Part shown: piece by piece, positions 7,523-14,820 of the stretch
How positions within the stretch are numbered: position 1 is the first letter of the stretch
Layout of the letters: each line of letters opens with the position of its first letter
From: a virus
Lineage: Duplodnaviria; Caudoviricetes
Reading direction: 5' to 3' (one strand)
IMG/VR virus record: IMGVR_UViG_3300010399_000045
Span: 1 to 54,684 of that record
Length of the DNA stretch: 54,684 nt
The notes under the pieces: generated by a model
What the model saw: the letters and a program-made list of their open reading frames with translations, nothing else
Databases searched by the model: none
Told to the model about the DNA's origin: nothing
Translations under genes and position numbers: made by a program

Positions 7523-7590
7523 GTCGAAACGGCGCGATGACGCGCCGTCGTGCAGCACCCGGCCCCGCTGCGCCTGATGATGACAGGGCC
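7523..7590 (+). ncRNA. Type II hammerhead ribozyme HH11 (cleavage after C7549)
   Basis: GTC-GAAA-[cggcgcg/cgcgccg]-TC-[gtgcagc/gctgcgc]-CTGATGA-T-GAC; loop ggccc pairs with tail gggcc. Confidence 0.92.
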
Positions 7591-7604
7591 CCCGGAGAGA
7601 GAAG

Positions 7605-7964
7605 ATGAAGAAGGCATCAGTTGACCCACGCGAAGCGCGCCTGCCGGTTTGGGCACGCGACGAGCTCGACACGCTACGCCGCAAGGTCACGGATCTGCAG
7701 AAGGCGCTCACAACTATCACCGAGTGCAACAAACCGGCCCAGTTCTGGGTCGACCTCGGGCCATCGAGCAACACCCCCGGTCGCTTCTACCTGCAACAGC
7801 CGCGGATGCACTTCGGCGTGGACCCGATGGACGACGGTTTCGGTACCCAGCACCTGCAGCTGATCCATCGCGAGGAAGGTGGTCAGCACTACCTCGAGAT
7901 CAACGGCAAGCAGGCCCTGTACGTGCGTCCGTATGCTAGCAACGTCCTGCGGATCATGGTGTGA
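7605..7964 (+). CDS. Hypothetical protein
   Basis: GGAGAG RBS after HH11. Confidence 0.7.
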   Translation: MKKASVDPREARLPVWARDELDTLRRKVTDLQKALTTITECNKPAQFWVDLGPSSNTPGRFYLQQPRMHFGVDPMDDGFGTQHLQLIHREEGGQHYLEINGKQALYVRPYASNVLRIMV

Positions 7965-8320
7965 GCACCATGACCAAGTTCAAGCAGGGCAAGGAAGCTG
8001 CGGACCGGGTGCGCCAGCACCACGCGGACGAAGAGCAGTACGAACTGCCCGAACCCGACGTGACCCCCGCTACCCACCCCGACCATCACACGGTCGGCAA
8101 GGAGTTCATGGGTCACGACTACCGGCGACACGGGTGGCCCGCGGTGCGCTGGTTCTGCGAGTCACATGACCGATGCGGCTACTGGATGTACGCGACCGAC
8201 GGGTCCGGTCATTGGACCAATGTGTCGGAGCGCGCAATCGGCCGCAGCTTCCACGAGATCGAGCGCTTGCCGTCCGGTCGCCTGATCTGTGCGGGCTGGC
8301 GGGTTCCAACTTATACTTGA
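7961..8320 (+). CDS. Hypothetical protein
   Basis: GTGA overlap with previous gene. Confidence 0.6.
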   Translation: MSTMTKFKQGKEAADRVRQHHADEEQYELPEPDVTPATHPDHHTVGKEFMGHDYRRHGWPAVRWFCESHDRCGYWMYATDGSGHWTNVSERAIGRSFHEIERLPSGRLICAGWRVPTYT

Positions 8321-8331
8321 AAGGAGGAGAC

Positions 8332-9171
8332 ATGCGTGCGCAGCGAAGGACCGCCGAACCTCGATGGGGTGTCGTCGGAGCTGCGATTACGTTGGCTGCC
8401 GCTGCCGGTTACTTCAGTGTAACCGGCATGGCAGCACTCTATGCGGGGTCGGCGATCGGGGTCAGCGTAATCTTTGCGGCGATCGAGATCGGTAAATTGG
8501 CAACCGCCGCTTCCCTGCATCGCTACTGGCCCGGTCTGTCGTGGGTCGTTCGGATCGGACTGATGGTGGCCCTGCTGGCCGCCATGCTCCTGACCTCGGC
8601 TGGTGTGTACGGCTACCTTCTGCGGGCCTACCTGTCGCGCGCACCAGCACTCACCTCAGCGCAGCAGGTGGTAGCCTCACAAGAACGCCTGATCGTCGAC
8701 CTGGAAGCGCGCCTGCGTGCGGCGCCTGCCAAGATCAACCTGCCTTCTCGCATCTCGTCCCGCGCGATGACGATCGCTGCACAGGCGCAGGCAGCAGAAC
8801 AAAAGAGACAGGCGACAGATAGAATGCGCCTGACGACCGAGTACCAAGCTGCTCTACAACGGCTGGCGGAATTGCGCACAACAGCGGCCGAGGTGGAGGT
8901 GGAACTTGGACCCGCAAGAACACTCGCCACGTGGCTCAACCTGGGGCAGTCCGGTGCTGTAGAGGTGCTGACCTTGATCTCGGTGTTGTGCCTCGATCCG
9001 CTAGCCGTCCTGCTGATGATGGCCGGCAGTGGGCGCGCACAAAACCTTCCTATCAGGCGGGTCAAGAAGAAACGAAAAAGTCTCAAGAAGAAGGTGCGTA
9101 AAAGCTTACCGCGAGTAACACCAACCTACACAACACCAGTAGCGCGTTTAACAAGCAGCAAGAAGGGGTAA
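8332..9171 (+). CDS. Membrane protein (3 TM + coiled coil + TM, basic tail)
   Basis: AGGAGG RBS; hydrophobic helices; DPLAVLLMMA. Confidence 0.7.
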   Translation: MRAQRRTAEPRWGVVGAAITLAAAAGYFSVTGMAALYAGSAIGVSVIFAAIEIGKLATAASLHRYWPGLSWVVRIGLMVALLAAMLLTSAGVYGYLLRAYLSRAPALTSAQQVVASQERLIVDLEARLRAAPAKINLPSRISSRAMTIAAQAQAAEQKRQATDRMRLTTEYQAALQRLAELRTTAAEVEVELGPARTLATWLNLGQSGAVEVLTLISVLCLDPLAVLLMMAGSGRAQNLPIRRVKKKRKSLKKKVRKSLPRVTPTYTTPVARLTSSKKG

Positions 9172-9176
9172 AACCT

Positions 9177-9356
9177 ATGGGTATCGAAGAGATCCGCGCC
9201 GCACTTGCGCGGCGCGTCATGGAGCGGGGTCGACAGGCGGCTGTTGAGTCCCGAGTGCTGGACGTGGTCCGGTGCCTCCAAGAACTGCTCGGCCTGCTGC
9301 CCGAGGACGAGGTCGAGCAGTTCAGACAGGAGATCCAGACATGCGGCGAGTTATGA
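9177..9356 (+). CDS. Small hypothetical protein
   Basis: ATG 9177 to TGA 9356 fills the gap between genes. Confidence 0.5.
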   Translation: MGIEEIRAALARRVMERGRQAAVESRVLDVVRCLQELLGLLPEDEVEQFRQEIQTCGEL

Positions 9357-9503
9357 TCTTTACAGCATCGGTGGTACCGGCGCTGTGCTTCACCGCGTTC
9401 ATGGCGGTGGCGCACTACTGCCAGGTCAAGCAAGCGCTCGGTCTGCCGACCACTTTCTGCACCAGGCGGTGATGCCTGGTATGATCGGAGAGGAGTTTAG
9501 CAT

Positions 9504-9944
9504 ATGAAACGATACACGGTACACGACTACGTGGTGCGAGCACTTGCTGGATCTGTGTCACGCGGATACGTGACGACCGATCCGCTGGTGGTCGCTGAGA
9601 TCGAGAAGTTCTACAAGTACGCGCGCGAGATGTACGGCTACTCGCGTAGCGGTGCCGACAGGTGGCTCTCGTGTGCGAGCAGTGAGCGGTTAGACGCTGT
9701 GGTCGACCAGATCAGGGATGCCGATAAGCTCCTTCGCTTCAAGGCGGCCTGGGATCGGCTGAGCTCGGAGCAGCGGCAGCAGGTCGTCAATTGGGTCGAG
9801 GTGTTGTCAGCGACAGGTCGTCAGGTCGATCAGGGACCCGCCAGCCCGCAGACGCCTCAGGTCACCTGTGACCGCTGCGGCATCCTGAAGCGGCCCGCGA
9901 ATGAGGCGGATCACAACTGCGGAAGCTGCGGGGAACTGATATGA
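9504..9944 (+). CDS. Hypothetical protein with C-terminal CxxC...CxxC Zn ribbon
   Basis: AGGAG RBS; CDRC...CGSC. Confidence 0.65.
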   Translation: MKRYTVHDYVVRALAGSVSRGYVTTDPLVVAEIEKFYKYAREMYGYSRSGADRWLSCASSERLDAVVDQIRDADKLLRFKAAWDRLSSEQRQQVVNWVEVLSATGRQVDQGPASPQTPQVTCDRCGILKRPANEADHNCGSCGELI

Positions 9945-10171
9945 CAGATCAGGAACCCAAACGTGTCGACGTGCAGGTTATGGAGCTGCTGCCCGGTCTG
10001 ATGAACCGCGTCCTGCGGCTCATCGAATGGGGTGGGTACAGTAAACCGAAGACGCTGTCCTTGCCGAACTACACCGTCAGGCATCTGAGCCTGAAGACCG
10101 GAAGCATCTTCTGGCAACAGAGGCGTTCATTCGGTCACAAGGAACCGGCCAACTGGTACAAGGTGCTCTGA
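9941..10171 (+). CDS. Hypothetical protein
   Basis: ATGA overlap, coupled to primase. Confidence 0.55.
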   Translation: MTDQEPKRVDVQVMELLPGLMNRVLRLIEWGGYSKPKTLSLPNYTVRHLSLKTGSIFWQQRRSFGHKEPANWYKVL

Positions 10172-11172
10172 TGGACTGGGAGCACACCCTGTCGCAGCAC
10201 GGGGTGCCCTACGCGACCCGCGGGCCTAACGTGGCCCGCGGTGCGATAGCTGTAAAATGTCCGTTCTGCGGGCCGGCAGATCCGTCCGAGCACCTGGTCA
10301 TCGACCTCGGTGGCAAGGGTTGGCTCTGCCGGCGCTCGCGTGAGCACAGGGGCCGCTCCGCGACACGCCTTCTGCAGGCGCTCCTGGGCTGCACGCGCGA
10401 GCAGGCGCAGCGCCTATCAGGCGAGCGCAGCATCCCCGACGATATGCTGTCGATCGTCCGCGCGCGCCTGGGCCTCGACCTGCCTGCGGCTGTGCAGATG
10501 CGGAAACCACCGAACATGCCTGCCGGGTTCAAGCGATTCACCGGACTGCCCTCGTCGCGCCCGTTTGTCCACTATCTAGCGGGGCGGGGTTTTGACGACC
10601 GGCAGATCCGCGACATGATTGACAGATACGACCTGCGGTACTGTGTGCGGGGTTCGTTCGGCGGCCGGGTGATCTTCCCAATCAAGAGAGACGGCACACT
10701 GGTGTCGTGGACCGGCAGATCTATCAGCGCCGGGGCGCGCCTGCGGTACAAGACGCTGCCCGAGGACCCGGACGCTGCACGCGACCTCGACTGCGATCCG
10801 GCGGTCGCGCCCATATCGCACTACCTGCTGTGGGAAGACGAGCTGCGCGCGACCGAGGCCGACACCGTATCGATATCTGAAGGTCCTTTTGACGCACTAC
10901 GTGTAGCGCTCCTGGGCCGCGAGCTCGGCGTTTGTGGCACCTGTGTGTTCACCGCCGAACCGTCCGACGAGCAGGTCGGACTACTTCACGAGATCTTGCC
11001 TCGATTCAAACGGCGACTGCTCCTGCTGGATCAGAGTACTGTTAACGCGACGATGCGGATCAGCGCCGCACTCGCCGGGTTGTCAGTTGAACCTGTGTAC
11101 CTGCCAGCAGGGTTGAAGGACCCAGGTGAGATTCGCAGTACAAAAGACCTGGCCCAAGTCCTTTCTATATAA
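10171..11172 (+). CDS. DNA primase (Zn finger + TOPRIM)
   Basis: CPFC...H...C; RVIFPI...SWTGRSI; ISEGPFDA; KDPGE. Confidence 0.88.
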   Translation: MDWEHTLSQHGVPYATRGPNVARGAIAVKCPFCGPADPSEHLVIDLGGKGWLCRRSREHRGRSATRLLQALLGCTREQAQRLSGERSIPDDMLSIVRARLGLDLPAAVQMRKPPNMPAGFKRFTGLPSSRPFVHYLAGRGFDDRQIRDMIDRYDLRYCVRGSFGGRVIFPIKRDGTLVSWTGRSISAGARLRYKTLPEDPDAARDLDCDPAVAPISHYLLWEDELRATEADTVSISEGPFDALRVALLGRELGVCGTCVFTAEPSDEQVGLLHEILPRFKRRLLLLDQSTVNATMRISAALAGLSVEPVYLPAGLKDPGEIRSTKDLAQVLSI

Positions 11173-11185
11173 CCGACGATTTTTC

Positions 11186-11214
11186 TTGAGGTAAAGTCCG
11201 CTTTACCCTACCTT
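11186..11214 (+). promoter_or_regulatory. Putative sigma70-type promoter with palindromic spacer
   Basis: TTGAGG-17 bp-TACCTT; overlapping inverted repeat GGTAAAG-tccg-CTTTACC (11190-11207). Confidence 0.45.
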
Positions 11215-11338
11215 GACTCTATGCCGAGTTGCGTGGCATCTCTCCGCGGTGCTGGGGACCCCCGTCGCAATAGTCCCCGTTTACTCTTTTACTGAACAGG
11301 GTTCGGAGAGCTTGGAGTCAAAAGGGAGGCAGGGCCCG

Positions 11339-11893
11339 ATGATAGGCAAAGCACCGATGGCACCCGGTATGGATCAGGGTGCTCTGGGATGGATGATCAG
11401 GACAGCGAGAAAGAACCACTGGCGGGTTTCCGCCTACATCGATCTGGACGACCTGATGCAGGACGGGTACTTTTACTGGTTACGGATCGGCAGCAGGTAC
11501 CCAGATGTCAAGGACCAGCCGCTCCGCATGCGCTTGTTTCAAACCGCATTCAACAATCACCTTACAAATCTGGCGACTCGACGCACCCGCCAACCGAACT
11601 TCCTCCCCCTGATGGTGCAGCAGCTCGAAGAAGAAGCCGGCCGAACGCCTGAGCACGAGCTGATCGAACTCCCCCCAACGACCATCGCCTACTCGGATCA
11701 TGGTATCTGTCGCAACCTAGTACGCCGCGCGATTGAAGCGCTCGGCAGCGACGCTGGTGCCGCCGCATGGCGTGCTCCGTACGACCGGCGAGCCGACGGC
11801 ACACGCGAGACTACCAACGAGCGGCTGTGCCGCATCGTGGGCGTGGACCCCACCCAGATCAACATGCTTGCAGTACTCCGCGCGGCGCTCTGA
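11339..11893 (+). CDS. Sigma-factor-like protein (region 2-like)
   Basis: IDLDDLMQDGYFYW...F.TAFNNHL resembles sigma70/ECF region 2; GGGAGG RBS. Confidence 0.55.
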   Translation: MIGKAPMAPGMDQGALGWMIRTARKNHWRVSAYIDLDDLMQDGYFYWLRIGSRYPDVKDQPLRMRLFQTAFNNHLTNLATRRTRQPNFLPLMVQQLEEEAGRTPEHELIELPPTTIAYSDHGICRNLVRRAIEALGSDAGAAAWRAPYDRRADGTRETTNERLCRIVGVDPTQINMLAVLRAAL

Positions 11894-11946
11894 TACGCCG
11901 CGGTATGTACCTGGTACAAGGTCTTCTACCTGGAGAGACAAACAAG

Positions 11947-12411
11947 ATGCCAGTTGAGATCACCCGGCGCGTCGAGTTCGACGCCGGTCATCGCATTCCG
12001 AACCATGCGTCAAAATGCCGCAACATCCACGGTCACCGCTACCGCCTGGAGGCGACCGTGTCAGGGGCCGTCCTAGAAGCCCGCGGCGAGTCGGACGACG
12101 GGATGATCGTCGACTTCGGCCTCCTCAAGCAGGTCATGAGCGAGTGTGTCGCCGACAGGTGGGACCACGCCTTCCTCTGCTGGGAGGGTGACCACTCGAT
12201 GTGCTGGGTTCTGGAGCACGCGCGCGACGAGCTCGGCGATCACCGCACGGTCATCATGCCCGATGTGCCGACCGCCGAGAACTTGGCACAGGCGGCCTTC
12301 CGCCTGATCGACGGGGGGTTGCAAACGGCAGGCGCACCGTTCGAGCTCGTGCGGGTGCGCCTGTACGAGACCCCGAACTGCTGGGCCGACGCGACGAGGG
12401 GGGAGACCTGA
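11947..12411 (+). CDS. queD: 6-carboxy-5,6,7,8-tetrahydropterin synthase
   Basis: FDAGHRI...KCRNIHGHRY, DFG.LK, WDHAFL, PTAENLA, RLYETP. Confidence 0.93.
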   Translation: MPVEITRRVEFDAGHRIPNHASKCRNIHGHRYRLEATVSGAVLEARGESDDGMIVDFGLLKQVMSECVADRWDHAFLCWEGDHSMCWVLEHARDELGDHRTVIMPDVPTAENLAQAAFRLIDGGLQTAGAPFELVRVRLYETPNCWADATRGET

Positions 12412-12412
12412 G

Positions 12413-13204
12413 ATGCCGCACACCGCGGAGGAGCTCGCGAAGGTCGAGGTCACAGGGCCGGTGCTGTTCGCCGACGGCGCACGCGGCATGGCCCGACAGG
12501 AGTTTCAGGCGGTCGGCATCGAGCGCCTGCGCTACGTGTGGTCGCGGAAGGACCGCGACGACAAGGGCCGCACCTATTGGGCGGTCGATGGCACCGAGGT
12601 CGCGGATCTTGCGCATGCCGCCGAGATGCTCAACCGCGATCCAGACCCCGAGTCGCCGGCCGAGCAGTGGAAGCGCTGGCGCGCGGAGCAGGACGCCTCG
12701 CCGAAGCTCGCGGGTCGTGCTCGGCGCGCGCGCAACGTGGCCGAGTGCGCCGCGCACGTGGCCCCGGTCGGCCAGTTCAGCATGTGGCGCGAGCGGGTGG
12801 ATCATGCGTGGCACACCGGCATCAATCACTACGCCGACGACCTGCGCCATCAACCGCACGACCCCGGAACCTCGGTTCATCCGTACTGGTTGTACGACGT
12901 CAAGTACATGACCGGCGAGATGTCGCGGCTGCAGCACCTATGGGCCGCCGATCGCAAAGAGGACCAGGAACTGATCTGCGCGCTCGGTACCCGCTGCCGG
13001 GACTGCCCGATCCTACAGCAGATAGAGCTGTCACTCATAGAAGCACGGATCAAGAAGCCCTTCCCGCAACCCGACATCGAGGACGGGGACATCGACCTCG
13101 TCAAGACCATGACGTGCATCGGACACGTGCTGTCCCGGGGCGGCCCGCACAGCCTGCTGCACGACGGTTGCCTTATCACCAACAAGCGCGACAGGGAGGA
13201 TTGA
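12413..13204 (+). CDS. Hypothetical protein, Cys/His-containing
   Basis: Long ORF coupled to queD; CALGTRCRDC. Confidence 0.65.
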   Translation: MPHTAEELAKVEVTGPVLFADGARGMARQEFQAVGIERLRYVWSRKDRDDKGRTYWAVDGTEVADLAHAAEMLNRDPDPESPAEQWKRWRAEQDASPKLAGRARRARNVAECAAHVAPVGQFSMWRERVDHAWHTGINHYADDLRHQPHDPGTSVHPYWLYDVKYMTGEMSRLQHLWAADRKEDQELICALGTRCRDCPILQQIELSLIEARIKKPFPQPDIEDGDIDLVKTMTCIGHVLSRGGPHSLLHDGCLITNKRDRED

Positions 13205-13289
13205 ACCCAAAGCCAAAAACGGGATGGACCCGGGCGGTCCCGGAGAACTAGCGGCCCGGTCGGAAAAACCTTCGCAAAGGGTAGTACTT

Positions 13290-13916
13290 ATGACAAGCAT
13301 CTTGCAGGAACTGTCGAAAGCGGCCAGCATGAAGGCGCCGAAAGGCGGGCCGGACGAAGCTTGGTTGCGCTCGCTGGTCGAGACCATCAACGCAAAGGCC
13401 GACACCGACCAGGACTTCTGGGACAAGCTGTCCGAACCAGCACAGCAGTACGTCAACGACGGACAGCTCGCGCTGAACGAGGGCAAGCCCATCCCATCGA
13501 TCGACGACAACGGCCCGGCACCCAACGGTAACGGTGCCGATCATCAGGAGCAGGACGACATGACCGACAAGACCACCAAGAAGGCGAAACCCGCTGGTGG
13601 CGGTGGAGCGAAGAAGGCAGCGGCCGCGAAACCCGCGGGCGATCCCAAGAAGAAGGCAGCGGCACCGGCCAAAAAGGCAGCGGCAGCGAAGCCCGCGGCC
13701 GACAAGGCGGCGGGTCCCAAGAAGGTATCCGGGATCAAGGTTGCGATCAAGATGGCGATCATCAAGCAGCCCGGCATCTCGCTGGAGGACCTGATCGGCA
13801 AGCTCGAGAAAGATGGCGAGAAGGTTTCGCGGTACACGACGGCCTCCATCAGGTCGGAGTTTCGCCACAGCCTGCGCGTCCTCAATCAGGCCGGGGTCAC
13901 CAAGATCGATCTCTGA
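13290..13916 (+). CDS. Protein with Lys/Ala-rich histone H1-like repeats
   Basis: AKKAAAAKPA repeats between N- and C-terminal globular parts. Confidence 0.7.
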   Translation: MTSILQELSKAASMKAPKGGPDEAWLRSLVETINAKADTDQDFWDKLSEPAQQYVNDGQLALNEGKPIPSIDDNGPAPNGNGADHQEQDDMTDKTTKKAKPAGGGGAKKAAAAKPAGDPKKKAAAPAKKAAAAKPAADKAAGPKKVSGIKVAIKMAIIKQPGISLEDLIGKLEKDGEKVSRYTTASIRSEFRHSLRVLNQAGVTKIDL

Positions 13917-13946
13917 TCTGCGGCTTCCCCCGCAGGGGTTTGTTTC

Positions 13947-13988
13947 AAAAAGAGCGCGGGTCGGTTGAGATCCCAGGCCCGCGCTTTT
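13947..13988 (+). terminator. Putative intrinsic terminator hairpin
   Basis: agcgcgggtc...ggcccgcgct followed by TTT and preceded by an A run. Confidence 0.4.
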
Positions 13989-14021
13989 GACCTTCTCGGA
14001 ACTAAAAAAGGAGCACGCCGT

Positions 14022-14765
14022 ATGCCGTGCCTTGTCCTGCTATCCGGTGGAATGGATTCCACCGTGACGTTCTACGATCTGCTGCATAAGGCAAAGAAGG
14101 ACGAGATCCTCACAACAAGTGACGGTCACCGGCGATGCTATGTTTCGGGTCCGGTTCACGCCGCCGCGTTGTACTACGGGCAGCGTCACGAGAGGGAGCT
14201 CGCGGCCGCCGAACAGATCTTCAGGATGGCGCAGGGTCAGGACTTGCCTGCGGGGAGGTTCTTCGTACCCCCGAGGCTCGAGACATTCTCGGCTGACCAC
14301 TCGTGCTTGACAGGTCCCACCACCGTCGCCACGTACGAGAACCCACCCACCGAGCGCGAAGCAATGCGCGACCCGGCGTTCGTGCCCTACCGCAACCTGC
14401 TGTTCTTTACCGTCGGGGCCATGCTGGCCCGCTCGCTGGACGCGCACGTTATCGGCACCGGCATCCGCGGGGGGTACCCCGACTGCACCGAGGCGTTCGA
14501 GCGGCAGGTTGAGGCAACCCTCGAGGCGGCGGTACCTGGTACACAGTTGATACTCTACAGCGCGGCCCACGGCAGTCGTGCCGAGACGGTGTCACGTGCA
14601 CGAGGTTTGTCGGGGTGCTGGGAGGCACTGGCTCTCACGGTTACCTGCTTCCAGCGAACCCCTGTGATCGGCGGCTGCGGCAGGTGCTTGCCGTGTCATC
14701 GCCGCGCGCAGGGATTCGCTGCCGCCGGCTTCGCCGACCCAGCCCTCCCAGCCCTCCCCGCCTAG
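14022..14765 (+). CDS. queC: 7-cyano-7-deazaguanine synthase
   Basis: LLSGGMDST, YGQRH, FVPYRNL, YPDC, TCF...CGRCLPC. Confidence 0.9.
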   Translation: MPCLVLLSGGMDSTVTFYDLLHKAKKDEILTTSDGHRRCYVSGPVHAAALYYGQRHERELAAAEQIFRMAQGQDLPAGRFFVPPRLETFSADHSCLTGPTTVATYENPPTEREAMRDPAFVPYRNLLFFTVGAMLARSLDAHVIGTGIRGGYPDCTEAFERQVEATLEAAVPGTQLILYSAAHGSRAETVSRARGLSGCWEALALTVTCFQRTPVIGGCGRCLPCHRRAQGFAAAGFADPALPALPA

Positions 14766-14820
14766 GGTGCCGTTTTTCCGCGACCTGGCAGATCGCCGGG
14801 AGGAGATTTCGCGATCCCCT

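Noticed and set aside
219-7590. Interpreting the repeats as a CRISPR array, attC sites, promoters or terminators
   Set aside because: The spacers are whole genes, the stems vary while pairing is kept, there are no U tracts or -10/-35 boxes, and the invariant bases match the hammerhead core
9013-9025. CTGATGATGGC as a 12th ribozyme
   Set aside because: Lies in coding sequence (LMMA) with no upstream GAAAC, stem III or stem I
13920-14021. preQ1 riboswitch upstream of queC
   Set aside because: No recognisable preQ1 aptamer consensus; only generic hairpins
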